Shown here: piece after piece, positions 29,439-39,797 of the stretch
Position numbering within the stretch: position 1 is the stretch's first letter
Layout of the letters: each line of letters opens with the position of its first letter
Assembly (NCBI GenBank): GCA_937911265.1
Contig: CALDRG010000057.1
Span: 19,025 to 83,024 of the forward strand
From: an uncultured euryarchaeote
GTDB taxonomy: Archaea > Thermoplasmatota > Poseidoniia > Poseidoniales > Thalassarchaeaceae
DNA: 64,000 bases
Reading direction: 5' to 3'
The notes under the pieces: generated by a model
The model's database searches: none
What the model saw: the letters and a program-made list of their open reading frames with translations, nothing else
What the model was told of the DNA's origin: nothing
Program-made: the position numbers and the translations under genes

Positions 29439-31340
29439 ATGCGCCGCCTGACCTATCTCGCCGTGCTCCTCCTACTCTCAGGCCCTCTGGCCGGTTGCAC
29501 CTCGCCCCCGGATGACGCCGAAACTGCGTCCGGATGCACCTATCCGGATGCGCTCAATTTCAACGAGTCGGCCGTAACAGACGACGGCTCCTGCGAGTAC
29601 CCCGAACCGCTCGAGGAGACCTCCGGGTGCATGTACGAGCGGGCCACCAACTTTGAGGAGGGTGCCACGGTTGACGACGGCTCTTGCGAGTTCCTGCAGC
29701 CTACCGAAGAGAAACCTGGATGTACCTACTCAAACGCTTTGAATTTCGATGAGAACGCCAGTGTAGACGACGGCTCTTGCGAGTTCCTGCAGCCTCCCGA
29801 AGAGAAACCTGGATGTACCTACTCTAACGCTTTGAATTTCGATGAGAACGCCAGTGTAGACAATGGTTCGTGCGAATTCAGACCCTACCTGGTCTTCGGA
29901 TGTAATGACACGACTGCACTGAACTTCGATGCCAACGCCACGTATAATGACGGATCTTGTGAATATATCACCCAACACGTTTTGATGGTGCTCATCGATG
30001 GATGGCGTCCTGATTCGATAGCTGCTGGACAAACTCCTACAATCGACATGATGATGCCAGATAGTGCCTATTCTATGGCAGCCAGAGTTGAGGACACAAC
30101 GATTAGTGGTTCGGGACATTCCAGTTACCTAACAGGGGTTCACCGTGACAAGCACAATGTCCATAGCAATAATTTCGAAGACCACAACTACAATCAGTAC
30201 CCCTACTGGTTCCGCCTTCTCCGAGATTCTGCACCCGACACCCATCGTTCAGCATATCACAACTGGCCGACTATGTCGGATGCAGCACTCGACGAATCCG
30301 TCTGTTCCGGCTGTGGAGATTACTTCCAGGATTACGACCAGAATATCGTCAATCGGCTAGTTGCTGATTTAGCGACTAAGGAGATGAATGCAGCAACCCT
30401 CGTCCTAGATCTTATGGACGCGCGCGGACATGGCAGTGGATTCAACAGTGCGAATCCGCAGTATATCGCTGGAATGAATCAGACTGACATTTGGCTGGGT
30501 GAAGTCATGGATGCAATCTTCGCACGACCGAATTACGTCAATGAGGAATGGATGGTCATCCTCTCCTCTGACCATGCAGGAACCGGATACGGCCACGGCT
30601 ACAACATCCCCGAGCATAGAAATGTCCCACTAATTATCTGGGGGGCGGAATCTCCAGGGGAGATATGGCCACCACCTGACGCGGTGGATGCGGTGCCTAC
30701 CGCCTTGCACCACCTCGGAGTCGATATCGATCCCGCGTGGAGCCTCGATGGACGCGTTATCGGCATCGATCCGACCGCATCTCCGATCGCTGCGCTAGGC
30801 GTTAATCTAATCTTCAACGGTGACGGAGAACTTGAGCGTGGAATGACTCCCGGAATCGACGCATCGGTGCCGGGTTGGGTCGACAATGGAACGATGACGA
30901 CCTGGATCTACAACGTCCCGACATATCTGCAAACTACCGATCCCGGGCCCGCGAACAGAGGATCGAACTACTTCGGAGGTGGATCTGGTGATACAACGAT
31001 GTATCAGGAGATAGATCTCACTGGTATTGAAGCAGATATTGACTGGGGTAATCTGACCTACTCACTAACAGCATATCTGGGCGGGTATTCATCTCAGAAT
31101 GATCGCATGGAAGTACTCGTCGAATTCTTCGATTCGTCAGGTAATCTCCTACTTTCGGGAGGAATTGGGCCCGTCAATGCCGCTGATCGCAACGACACGA
31201 CTGGAATCTATCTTCATAGTGAAATAGGCCAAGTACCAGTGAATTCATCTTGGGTTCGAGTCACATTGAACTCATATCTAGAAACCGGCTACAATGATGC
31301 ATACGCGGATAACGTTTCACTGATTCTCTCAACTCAATGA
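29439..31340 (+). CDS. Predicted lipoprotein: Cys-flanked GCT...DDGSC repeats, alkaline-phosphatase-superfamily (nucleotide pyrophosphatase/phosphodiesterase) domain, C-terminal jelly-roll-like domain
   Basis: LAGC lipobox; five GC...A.NF...A..DDGSC units; VLIDGWR, TISGSG, DARGH, SSDH metal-ligand motifs. Confidence 0.8.
   Translation: MRRLTYLAVLLLLSGPLAGCTSPPDDAETASGCTYPDALNFNESAVTDDGSCEYPEPLEETSGCMYERATNFEEGATVDDGSCEFLQPTEEKPGCTYSNALNFDENASVDDGSCEFLQPPEEKPGCTYSNALNFDENASVDNGSCEFRPYLVFGCNDTTALNFDANATYNDGSCEYITQHVLMVLIDGWRPDSIAAGQTPTIDMMMPDSAYSMAARVEDTTISGSGHSSYLTGVHRDKHNVHSNNFEDHNYNQYPYWFRLLRDSAPDTHRSAYHNWPTMSDAALDESVCSGCGDYFQDYDQNIVNRLVADLATKEMNAATLVLDLMDARGHGSGFNSANPQYIAGMNQTDIWLGEVMDAIFARPNYVNEEWMVILSSDHAGTGYGHGYNIPEHRNVPLIIWGAESPGEIWPPPDAVDAVPTALHHLGVDIDPAWSLDGRVIGIDPTASPIAALGVNLIFNGDGELERGMTPGIDASVPGWVDNGTMTTWIYNVPTYLQTTDPGPANRGSNYFGGGSGDTTMYQEIDLTGIEADIDWGNLTYSLTAYLGGYSSQNDRMEVLVEFFDSSGNLLLSGGIGPVNAADRNDTTGIYLHSEIGQVPVNSSWVRVTLNSYLETGYNDAYADNVSLILSTQ
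29673..29858 (+). repeat. Tandem 93-bp duplication (2 near-identical copies) encoding 31-aa Cys repeats
   Basis: GACGACGGCTCTTGCGAGTTCCTGCAGCCT... starts at 29673 and 29766; a third, diverged unit starts at 29859. Confidence 0.9.
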
Positions 31341-31367
31341 TTGGCTAGAATGTAATTCATTCCAAAT

Positions 31368-32132
31368 TCAGACGTAAAAGTCGCTAGAACCTTCAGACTC
31401 CGATGCACCGAGTGTCTCCTCTATCGTGCTGCCGACCTCCATAGTTTCCACCAGTTTCCTAGCCGTCTCTTCGGTTGAATCGAGATCCAGGTCCAGAGGT
31501 AGGTCCAACCCCGCCTCTATCCACGAAGCCAGACGGTCGGCTGCCAACACATCGGTGCTGGCTCCAATGGTCTCTGCTACAAGGCCGACTGTGGGAACGC
31601 CATATAGGGGTGAGAGGGAAATCAGCAGCCCTGCTATCCCTATCATCCCGGCCTTAGGGTGCTCCCTGCTGACTGGGATGTCATTGGCCTCGAGATTCTT
31701 CCTGACTTCGGCATCGGCGCAGATTACGTGAATCTCCCTGTCGTCGGTACCTGCTGCGAGACCGGCCAGCACCAGCAGCTGAGGGGTGTCCGATTCCGAG
31801 GCCATCTCGAGGATTGCCTCGGAGACCTCGTGCTGGCCGGCAGCTGTCATCGGCTGCAACGGCCCACCGATCGTGATTACCGTCCTGCCATCGGGGAGTA
31901 AGATCGAATTGATGTTGATGCGAGGAGGTGAGACGAGCCCATTGCCGTCTAGTGTTGAATGAGGAGGGAAGTCAGGATGTAGAATCCATCCTATGGTTCG
32001 TGAGGGGTGTTTATCCGCTAGAGAGTCGACCACTATCTTACCGACGTTGCCCACACCAGGCACCGCCTCCAGTATTGCTGCGTGCTCAGGCATCCCTTCG
32101 CCTACGAGCCAGTGAATCCTCGTACGGTTCAT
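31368..32132 (-). CDS. PAC2-family proteasome assembly chaperone
   Basis: PGVGNVGKI, HPDFPP, GMIGIAGLL; conserved position downstream of nop10. Confidence 0.88.
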   Translation of the reverse strand: MNRTRIHWLVGEGMPEHAAILEAVPGVGNVGKIVVDSLADKHPSRTIGWILHPDFPPHSTLDGNGLVSPPRININSILLPDGRTVITIGGPLQPMTAAGQHEVSEAILEMASESDTPQLLVLAGLAAGTDDREIHVICADAEVRKNLEANDIPVSREHPKAGMIGIAGLLISLSPLYGVPTVGLVAETIGASTDVLAADRLASWIEAGLDLPLDLDLDSTEETARKLVETMEVGSTIEETLGASESEGSSDFYV

Positions 32133-32347
32133 TCCTCTTCACTTCCATCAGCCCTAGGTGTTGGGAGGGATGCGAGCCACTCCTTGCTGCCGACATCGAG
32201 CCTCTTCCTGCGCCTTGCCCCCTGCGGGTCCTCCGGCGAGTACTTCATCGGTGAAACGGCCACCATAGCAGCCCCGCACTTCTTGCACCTCGTAGCCAAG
32301 CCGTACTCGCTACAGGAACTGCAGCGCTGTAATCTGGTGCGAACCAT
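32129..32347 (-). CDS. nop10: H/ACA RNP protein Nop10
   Basis: CSSCSEYGL...CKKCG, PMKYSPEDP. Confidence 0.93.
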   Translation of the reverse strand: MVRTRLQRCSSCSEYGLATRCKKCGAAMVAVSPMKYSPEDPQGARRRKRLDVGSKEWLASLPTPRADGSEEE

Positions 32348-32408
32348 CCTATCCTCAATCAGCGTCCGCTAGGAAGAGTCAATGAAGTCTGTGCCTCGTT
32401 CGTACTTC

Positions 32409-33191
32409 TCAGAGGCGTTCGAGGGAGATTGAGCCCTCGACCGAGGACATGCGCTCCGAGGCTGCCTTCTGTGCAGCTTCCCACACAGACTCCGCTGCCC
32501 GATAGTCCGGGGCCCGTATGTCCACTCTGTAGTGAGGGGCTCCATCGTAGTGACAGGTCAGCGTGACCTCCTCGAGGCCTACGGCACAGGATTCCGCGGC
32601 CTGCAACGCCTCGCGAATCGCACTGACGCCTTCGGGCCCCCAGACCTGTAGGTCGAACTCGCCACGAATCTCGACGAATGGAGGCACGATGTTCTCTACT
32701 GCGAGTTCGGTAACCACGGTTATCCAATCTCCGGTGAAACCTGATTCACTCAGAACATTCTCGCTCATGGCGCACTCCTCGAGAGCCCCATACAGAGTCC
32801 CGAAGACCTCACGCATCTCATCGCAGACTTCGATCTTCTTCTGTTCGTCCCAGCCGACTCTCTCGGCTGCGACTCGCATGATCTGGCTGGCCCGCTTACG
32901 GTTCTTCCACGCCTGCAGAGTGTCTCTCCTACGCTCGTCGGAAACGGATTTTATCGAGAGCTCGATACGCTCCTTGGCACGCTTCACCTGAATCGCCTTG
33001 GCGACCACGCGCTGACCTTCTCTGAGGTGGCTGCCGATGTTCTTGACCCAGCCAGAGGCGACCTCTCCAATGAAGACGAAACCGGTTCTGCCCTCGTAAC
33101 CCTCAAGATTGAGGTAGGCACCGTTTTCCTTGACGCTCCTGACCGTACAAATCAGCAGTTCCCCCTCTTCGGGCCAAGCAGCAGAACTCAC
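32409..33191 (-). CDS. eif2a: Translation initiation factor 2 alpha subunit
   Basis: WPEEGELLICTV, S1 domain, GEVASGWVKNI, IELSIK, DGAPHYR. Confidence 0.95.
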   Translation of the reverse strand: MSSAAWPEEGELLICTVRSVKENGAYLNLEGYEGRTGFVFIGEVASGWVKNIGSHLREGQRVVAKAIQVKRAKERIELSIKSVSDERRRDTLQAWKNRKRASQIMRVAAERVGWDEQKKIEVCDEMREVFGTLYGALEECAMSENVLSESGFTGDWITVVTELAVENIVPPFVEIRGEFDLQVWGPEGVSAIREALQAAESCAVGLEEVTLTCHYDGAPHYRVDIRAPDYRAAESVWEAAQKAASERMSSVEGSISLERL

Positions 33192-33204
33192 CTAAACGCC
33201 CCCT

Positions 33205-33375
33205 TTACTCAAGGACATCTACAATCGTGCTGCCTGACAAGTCCGCCCTGCCTCCCGCGGGGCGAGCTAGTGTCGCACCGCAGATGGTGCAGGCAATCGA
33301 GGTTGACGCCCTTTCAAAGATGATGGCCTCGTGACCGCAGTCACGGCAATTCACACGAAGGAACCTTCCACTCAT
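33205..33375 (-). CDS. rps27e: 30S ribosomal protein S27e
   Basis: Own translation (below the ORF-track cutoff): MSGRFLRVNCRDCGHEAIIFERASTSIACTICGATLARPAGGRA; sits between L44e and aIF2-alpha as expected. Confidence 0.95.
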   Translation of the reverse strand: MSGRFLRVNCRDCGHEAIIFERASTSIACTICGATLARPAGGRADLSGSTIVDVLE

Positions 33376-33388
33376 CATCTCACCTCAA

Positions 33389-33670
33389 TCACTTGTCGAC
33401 TAGTTCGAACTTCTTAGCACGCTTCCCAGCAGGGGAGTGCGCTTTACCGGTCTCTTGGCATCGGAAGATTAGATTCACGCGCTTGGTAGGCTTCTCTCCG
33501 GATGGCTTCGGTCGAGGGAAACCGCGGTATCCTGCGGTAACACGGCGGAAGCGGCGCTGACCCCACTTCAGTTCGCTAGCACGGCGCTTCTTGACACGCT
33601 CGACGGTGTGTATGGTGTGCTTACCAGCTGTAGGGCTGTAGCGCTTCACCGTCCGCGGCATCTTCACCAT
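33389..33670 (-). CDS. rpl44e: 50S ribosomal protein L44e
   Basis: MVKMPRTVKRYSP, GYRGFPRP, KPTKRVNL; preceded by a GAGGTGGAG SD-like sequence. Confidence 0.95.
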   Translation of the reverse strand: MVKMPRTVKRYSPTAGKHTIHTVERVKKRRASELKWGQRRFRRVTAGYRGFPRPKPSGEKPTKRVNLIFRCQETGKAHSPAGKRAKKFELVDK

Positions 33671-33808
33671 GTCTCCACCTCAGCGTCTTGCGACGTCGCG
33701 GCCACCGATGACCCGTTTATGAACTCTATCGAGACTCCTGCATAGCAGGAATCTTCAGGATAGGTCGATTACACAAATACGATGTAATGAGTCAATGCTC
33801 AGTGGACC

Positions 33809-34348
33809 ATGTCGCTATGGGCCGCTCAGGTGTGGCTCGGCATGGCTATTGCTGTCATTGGTTTCGGCATGCACAGAACGGGGCCCGCATTCAGGCGGCA
33901 CCCCTTCGGGGCACCTGTGGCTCTGCTTGGATTGGCGGTGATGCTATTTCGAGTCGAGGAGCCCCCGCAGCCCGAGTCAGAAGTGGTGGCAGCTGCTATA
34001 GACGCCGCCATGTGGCTTCTGCCGGCTCTGATCGGTTCGGCACTCGTACTCATGGGAGCGCCGCTGTACTGGAGGACGCGATTGTTACCGTTGCTGGCCG
34101 GCTGGGCTCTGATCGTGGTGGCATGGTGTCAGTACTATTCGACCATGAGTGTGGTCCTATCGGACACCCTTAGGTGGGTAACCGCTCTGCTTGGAGTGGT
34201 TCTGGCTTTCACAGTGTTTGCGCTATGCGTCCGCACGGCTGAGAGGATGACCCCGCAGGAGCCCGAGACAGAGGGCCTGTCTGAGAAGGAGAGGAAGTAC
34301 GTTGAGAGCGTCTTGAGGAGGCATCTGGAGGTGGCGGATGAACCCTAA
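33809..34348 (+). CDS. Hypothetical membrane protein (about 5 TM)
   Basis: Hydrophobic segments; overlaps the next gene; no family recognised. Confidence 0.6.
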   Translation: MSLWAAQVWLGMAIAVIGFGMHRTGPAFRRHPFGAPVALLGLAVMLFRVEEPPQPESEVVAAAIDAAMWLLPALIGSALVLMGAPLYWRTRLLPLLAGWALIVVAWCQYYSTMSVVLSDTLRWVTALLGVVLAFTVFALCVRTAERMTPQEPETEGLSEKERKYVESVLRRHLEVADEP

Positions 34349-34694
34349 TCTCGAATCGGTAATCTCAGCGTTTGCGGGCTCGGCCGCACTAACCTCGCTG
34401 TTCATAATACTCGCCTTGATAGGCACACTGAACCCCTATCACCGCCCTGCTATCCCGATGCTGGGCGCCTCAACCATCATCCTTGCTTCCACCTACTTGT
34501 TCGCCAAAACCGTCGGCATACCTGCTGACAGCGTCGCCCTCAGAATGACGATGTCCGAGGGTGTGTTGGCCTTGCTCGATATATTGCCGATTGTCTTCCT
34601 AATGTCCACCTTCATGTTTCTCAAGGCCTCATTGCGCAAACGCCCCGAAGACCCTCTACTGGCCCTGCTGGAGTCTGAGCCCGGTCCCAAGTGA
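34338..34694 (+). CDS. Hypothetical membrane protein (3 TM)
   Basis: Hydrophobic segments; GAGGTGG SD-like sequence upstream of ATG. Confidence 0.6.
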   Translation: MNPNLESVISAFAGSAALTSLFIILALIGTLNPYHRPAIPMLGASTIILASTYLFAKTVGIPADSVALRMTMSEGVLALLDILPIVFLMSTFMFLKASLRKRPEDPLLALLESEPGPK

Positions 34695-34758
34695 TTCGTT
34701 TCGCTTGGGCAACTCTCATAACACTCCCTTCGGTGGCCGCGCTGTCCTAGGTGGTACG

Positions 34759-34944
34759 ATGTCAAAGGGAACTCCAAGCATGGGCAAGCGGCAGAAGTCG
34801 ACACACATCCGTTGCCGACGCTGCGGCAGGCACTCATATCACAAGACCAAGAGCGTCTGCGCTCACTGCGGCTACGGCGCCACCGCTAGGATACGCAAGT
34901 ACCGGTGGAACAAACGCACCCGATTAATGGGAGCACGCAAGTAA
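34759..34944 (+). CDS. rpl37e: 50S ribosomal protein L37e
   Basis: [28 protein letters not shown]. Confidence 0.96.
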   Translation: MSKGTPSMGKRQKSTHIRCRRCGRHSYHKTKSVCAHCGYGATARIRKYRWNKRTRLMGARK

Positions 34945-34990
34945 GCCGGAAAGGGCTAAGTCCCGAACCACTAGGGTCCAATGGTATCCG

Positions 34991-36514
34991 ATGTGCGGCA
35001 TCATCGGGATTTTGGGGAACCCGGGCTCTCAGGTCGCAGGCGGCATCTACGACGGCATGATTGTGCTGCAGCACCGTGGGCAGGACGCCGCCGGAATAGT
35101 GACCAGTGATTCCGACAACATCTCGCACCGCCGGGCCAATGGACTAGTCAGAGACGTCTTCAGGTCGAAGCACATGTCCAAACTCATAGGGTCGATGGGA
35201 ATCGGGCACGTTCGCTACCCCACAGCAGGCTCAGGCTCAGCGAGCGAGGCTCAGCCCTTCTACACCAACACTCCGTTCGGAGTGAGCCTCGCCCACAATG
35301 GCAATCTGAATAATACCACGGACATCATCAACAGCCTGCTTGAGTATGATCACAGGAGAATCAACACCAGTTCTGATTCCGAGGCCCTACTAAATCTCTT
35401 CTCCGCTGAGATTCAGCGCTCTGTTAACGGCCGACCGGGAGGCATGGAGGCACTCACCGAAGACGATATCTTCCGCGCCGTAGAGCGCACACACCTCCGG
35501 GCCGAGGGCAGTTACAGCGTAGTCACCATGATTACGGGATGGGGGCTAGTAGCCTTCCGCGACCCCAACGGGATAAGGCCTCTATTCATGGGCAAGAACG
35601 AGGTCGACGGTTTCACTGAGCGACTATTCGCCTCGGAGAGCGTGACCTGTTCTGCTTTAGGATTCGAAGCAGATCGAGACATCGCCCCCGGCGAGGCGGT
35701 GATAGCCAAGATGGATGGCTCGTTCTCATCCAAGGTCTGCCACGCTGAGCCGGTCCACACTCCCTGTATTTTCGAGCACGTCTACTTCGCTCGCCCGGAC
35801 TCTACCATTGACGGTATATCGGTACACGGGGCGAGGTTAAGGATGGGGGCGGCTTTGGCTAGGAGGGCCCTCAAAGAGCGCCCCGAACATGGTATCGATG
35901 CGGTGATCCCAGTGCCGGATAGCGGCAGGATAGCCGCTATGGAGATGGCCTCTGAGATGGGTGTGCCGTTTCGAGAGGGCTTCGTCAAGAACCGCTACAT
36001 AGGCAGGACGTTCATCATGCCAGGTCAGGCTATCCGTAAGGATTCGGTTAAGAAAAAGCTCAACACGATAGAGGAGGAGTTCTCAGGCAAGACGGTGATG
36101 ATTGTTGACGACAGCATAGTCAGAGGTAACACGTCACAAAGGATTGTCGAAATGGCCAAGGAGGCCGGTGCCAAACAAGTATACTTTGCATCCTCGGCAC
36201 CTCCTATTGTACATCCGAACGTGTACGGCATCGACATGCCGGCCCGCGATGAGTACGTCGCCCATGACAGGACTATAGATGAGATTAGGAAAGCCATCGG
36301 CGCTGATTGGCTAATCTATCAGGAGTTACCAGACCTCGTTGAGGCCTGCCTAAGGACGGGAGACCATAATCTAGTAAACTTCGACTGCTCCTGCTTCAAC
36401 GGAGTGTACGTCACCGGGGGAATTACCGAGGAGTACCTAGCGAGAATAGAGGGCGCACGCAGCGATACTGCCAAGAGAGAATCTTCGGCTGAGCACGCCG
36501 ACGCGGCAGAATGA
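34991..36514 (+). CDS. purF: Amidophosphoribosyltransferase
   Basis: MCGI N-terminal Cys, QHRGQDAAG, GHVRY, HNGN, VDDSIVRG. Confidence 0.97.
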   Translation: MCGIIGILGNPGSQVAGGIYDGMIVLQHRGQDAAGIVTSDSDNISHRRANGLVRDVFRSKHMSKLIGSMGIGHVRYPTAGSGSASEAQPFYTNTPFGVSLAHNGNLNNTTDIINSLLEYDHRRINTSSDSEALLNLFSAEIQRSVNGRPGGMEALTEDDIFRAVERTHLRAEGSYSVVTMITGWGLVAFRDPNGIRPLFMGKNEVDGFTERLFASESVTCSALGFEADRDIAPGEAVIAKMDGSFSSKVCHAEPVHTPCIFEHVYFARPDSTIDGISVHGARLRMGAALARRALKERPEHGIDAVIPVPDSGRIAAMEMASEMGVPFREGFVKNRYIGRTFIMPGQAIRKDSVKKKLNTIEEEFSGKTVMIVDDSIVRGNTSQRIVEMAKEAGAKQVYFASSAPPIVHPNVYGIDMPARDEYVAHDRTIDEIRKAIGADWLIYQELPDLVEACLRTGDHNLVNFDCSCFNGVYVTGGITEEYLARIEGARSDTAKRESSAEHADAAE

Positions 36515-36539
36515 AGTCGCAGCGTTTTCTCAGGAATCC

Positions 36540-38027
36540 ATGAGAGGGGTCATTGACGTACTGGCGACCATCGAGATGGATGAGGTGGCTCGCTGCGTCT
36601 GCATGCTCCTTGACGGCAACTTTGCAGTGGGCTTCGACTCAGGAACTCTCCACATTTACGGCTCTGACGGAGTAGTCATCGACTCCGCTATGCTTGACAG
36701 CCGAGTAGTGGGTATCGCGAGCTTACGCGGCGTTTTGGTCGCCGGTACCAGCACTGGTGGTGTTCAAGCATTCCACGACGAGCTTCTCTGGGACCATCCC
36801 CTGGACTCCGGATGCGAGGCGGTGACAGCGTCATCGTTCCGCGCGGTGGTGGCCGATGGTACTGGACGAATCATCTCTCTAGCAGATGACGGAAGCGAAG
36901 TCGCCCAAGCAGAGTTTGGACACGTCACATCTCTCACATGTTCGGCTGAGGGAGTATGCGCTGCTGCCCTTGAGGACGGCAGGTTGCTTCTCCTCGGGCC
37001 AGCACTCGAGGTGTTGTACGATTCGCCCGCCGCCGAGGACGACGTCGAGACCATATCGTGCATGGCATTCCGTCATGATGGTGTCCTTATGGTCGCACGA
37101 AACTCTCTCGGGATGACCGTCGACGACAGGCCTGAGAACAGACTCGAGTGCTGGCATCCGGAGGAGGGGATGCTGAACACCTCGGAACTCCCTTCTAGGG
37201 CCACGGCGTTGCTGCCTACAGGGTCCGGAACAATAGTGGGCTGCTTCGATGGCAGTATTCTTTCTCTCGACATAGGCGATTCGAACCCTAGGCTAATCAC
37301 CAGATTGGACTATCAGGTCTCTCAAATCATCCAGTGGGGTGATGACATCTTGGTCGCCTCGTGGTTCGATGTATTTCGAATCACCACTAGTGGCGAGGTG
37401 GTTTGGCATTTCGAGCACATCGGGGTGGTCGAGCATATCCTTCCTCTCACAGAGAGAATCGCTCTTATGGGCGACGACAGGAAGGGCAGGACACCAGCGC
37501 CTCTCGTCATAATCGACCCCGACTCGCCACCTAGGTACGACGATATACCTGCGGAGAGAGAAAATCTCTCGGTCTCTGAGAAGCACTCGGGAGCACTATC
37601 CGATGAGGAGGAGAGGCAGGTTGACATGAGGCCCAAGATGCTTGAGGAGGCTGAAGGTATTCTGGACACGCTGCACGAGGAGACAGAGCTTGAGGTTGGC
37701 CCACCAATCATAGAGAGCGACCTGCTCGAAGATCTTTCGGCGGAGGCGCGAGCGATTAACCTGCCACCGGTTGCAGATGCTGGAGAAGACAAGACAGTTG
37801 ACGTCGACGAGGAGGGCAAGGCAACAGTGCTGCTGGACGGAGGACGATCTTACGACCCAGACGGCAGTATCGAGAGATGGGCTTGGGAGGATGGTAGAGG
37901 GAATGTCATAGGAGACACTTCGCAGATCCGTGTCAGGTTGTCCGGCGGAGTCCACGTTTTCCATCTGACTGTAACCGACGACAGAGGTGCCTCTAGCAAG
38001 TCCACGATAACCGTCCACGCTCGATGA
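36540..38027 (+). CDS. Beta-propeller (WD40-like) protein with acidic linker and C-terminal PKD domain
   Basis: Repeating short strands ending in G-D/DG; C-terminal PPVADAG, SYDPDG, WAW, LTVTDDRG PKD signature; no signal peptide seen. Confidence 0.7.
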   Translation: MRGVIDVLATIEMDEVARCVCMLLDGNFAVGFDSGTLHIYGSDGVVIDSAMLDSRVVGIASLRGVLVAGTSTGGVQAFHDELLWDHPLDSGCEAVTASSFRAVVADGTGRIISLADDGSEVAQAEFGHVTSLTCSAEGVCAAALEDGRLLLLGPALEVLYDSPAAEDDVETISCMAFRHDGVLMVARNSLGMTVDDRPENRLECWHPEEGMLNTSELPSRATALLPTGSGTIVGCFDGSILSLDIGDSNPRLITRLDYQVSQIIQWGDDILVASWFDVFRITTSGEVVWHFEHIGVVEHILPLTERIALMGDDRKGRTPAPLVIIDPDSPPRYDDIPAERENLSVSEKHSGALSDEEERQVDMRPKMLEEAEGILDTLHEETELEVGPPIIESDLLEDLSAEARAINLPPVADAGEDKTVDVDEEGKATVLLDGGRSYDPDGSIERWAWEDGRGNVIGDTSQIRVRLSGGVHVFHLTVTDDRGASSKSTITVHAR

Positions 38028-38948
38028 TTAGAGTTTGCCCAATTCTTCCTTGAGGGCGGGAAGCGCAGCTTCCCAAGTAGCCACTATCCCATAGTCAGCC
38101 ACACCGAATATGGGAGCATCAGGGTCTTTGTTGATGGCGACGATGTACTTGCTCGTCCTCATCCCGGCGAGATGCTGTATTGCCCCGCTGATTCCGACCG
38201 CGATGTACAGGCTCGGTGTTACCGTCTTCCCGGTCTGCCCCACCTGCATTCCGTGAGGTATCTCATCCCAAGTGTCTACTGCTGCCCTGCTGGCGCCGAC
38301 GGCGGCCCCTATCATGTCCGCAATCTCGTTTAGATGAGAGAAGTTGGCGGGATCCCCCATCCCTCTGCCGCCTGAAATGATGATGTTAGCTTCTGCGACA
38401 TCCAGTCTCTCACTGGCTTTGGCAATGGCTTCTCTCACAGCCACGGCCACGTCAGCGCTCTGATTCACCGTACTGACCTCTGCCGAACCACCTTCTCCGG
38501 CGGCATCGAAGGCATTGGCTCGCAGGGTGATGGCGCATGGTGCAGTTACCGTTGAGGTCTCGATTGCCTTGCCGGAGTAGATGCCCCTAGTGACGGTGAT
38601 GCCAGCTTCTAGTCCGGTTGCATCCTGTATGATTGGGATTCCGCGCATAGCTGCGATCTGTGCTGCGACTTCTCTTCCGGAGGGTGCTGAAGCAGCTATG
38701 ATGACTCCGTCGGAGACGAGTGGGTTGAGAGCGGCCGCCCAAGCACCGCTGTCGAAGGTGTTGAAGCAGTCTCCTTTGACGCCTATTACTTTGGAAACAC
38801 CGCTGATGGAAGCAGCGGCGGTCGTACCTATTCCTCCCGGGCACAGCACGGTCGGAGTTCCTCCAATGGCAATCGCGGCGCCGACGAGTTGCGATGTCAC
38901 CGGGTGAAGGCCATCCACTGTGGTTTCTGCGATGATTGTCACGTCCAT
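38028..38948 (-). CDS. etfA: Electron transfer flavoprotein alpha subunit
   Basis: [48 protein letters not shown]. Confidence 0.96.
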   Translation of the reverse strand: MDVTIIAETTVDGLHPVTSQLVGAAIAIGGTPTVLCPGGIGTTAAASISGVSKVIGVKGDCFNTFDSGAWAAALNPLVSDGVIIAASAPSGREVAAQIAAMRGIPIIQDATGLEAGITVTRGIYSGKAIETSTVTAPCAITLRANAFDAAGEGGSAEVSTVNQSADVAVAVREAIAKASERLDVAEANIIISGGRGMGDPANFSHLNEIADMIGAAVGASRAAVDTWDEIPHGMQVGQTGKTVTPSLYIAVGISGAIQHLAGMRTSKYIVAINKDPDAPIFGVADYGIVATWEAALPALKEELGKL

Positions 38949-38957
38949 TATTGCACC

Positions 38958-39713
38958 TCAAATGACATTGGCCTCATCACGAAGCTTTGCTACTACTGCA
39001 GGTACAGAATCGGCACCTTCAAACTTCTGTCCAGGTGGCTTCACTGGAGGAGGGGAGTGGGATTGCAGTGAGACGGAAGAAGTTCCAATTGTCACTCCTA
39101 GGTCATCTGGTGTCACAGTTTCAATCTGCTTCTTCTTGGCCATCATAATCCCTCGCACATTTGGCCTGCGCAGTTCCGTGGCCCCCTTGTCGAATGTGAA
39201 GAGGCAAGGTCGAGAGACCTCGACTCGTTCGTTACCGGTTGGGCTGGCTCGCAGGGCGATGAATCCATCTCCCTCTGCAGAGACCTCCGAAATCATTCCC
39301 ACACAGGCAGCTCCAATCAGATGCGAAACTCCGGGGCCTGTCGACCCTCCATTGGTGTCGGCGGCCTGCTTGCCACAGAGCACCACATCCGCCCCAGACC
39401 TTTTGACCGCGGCTGCGAGTAGCGACTGAATGTGCGTGCTATCGGTAACTCCATCATCTTGGATTAGAATCAGGTTGTCAGCACCTACGGCCGCAGCATC
39501 CGTCAGCATCTTCATGGCCCGAGCTGGACCGCATGTAATCGCGATGATATCCTCTCCGCCGGCCTCCTTCAACTGGAGTGCGGCTTCGAGTGCGTACTCG
39601 TCGTAAGGACTCATGGACCACTTGCTGACAGCGGTTTCGTCCACCCTGTCACCCGAGATAGAAATCTTGGCTGTGGTGTCGGGAACCTGCTTGAGTAGTA
39701 CGGCTATTCCCAT
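38958..39713 (-). CDS. etfB: Electron transfer flavoprotein beta subunit
   Basis: LKQVPDT, PYDEYALEAAL, GKQAADT, LRRPNVRGIMMAKKK; start moved to 39713. Confidence 0.96.
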   Translation of the reverse strand: MGIAVLLKQVPDTTAKISISGDRVDETAVSKWSMSPYDEYALEAALQLKEAGGEDIIAITCGPARAMKMLTDAAAVGADNLILIQDDGVTDSTHIQSLLAAAVKRSGADVVLCGKQAADTNGGSTGPGVSHLIGAACVGMISEVSAEGDGFIALRASPTGNERVEVSRPCLFTFDKGATELRRPNVRGIMMAKKKQIETVTPDDLGVTIGTSSVSLQSHSPPPVKPPGQKFEGADSVPAVVAKLRDEANVI

Positions 39714-39797
39714 ATCATCACCCGCGCTCTGGCGACTAAAGCCCCCTCTATGAATTTTCGGCAGTCCCACCGAAGGTGGGAAACACCAATCCAAACT

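Noticed and set aside
29673-29858. 93-bp direct repeats as a CRISPR array or IS ends
   Set aside because: The repeats are contiguous, in frame within a CDS and have no unique spacers; this is an intragenic duplication.
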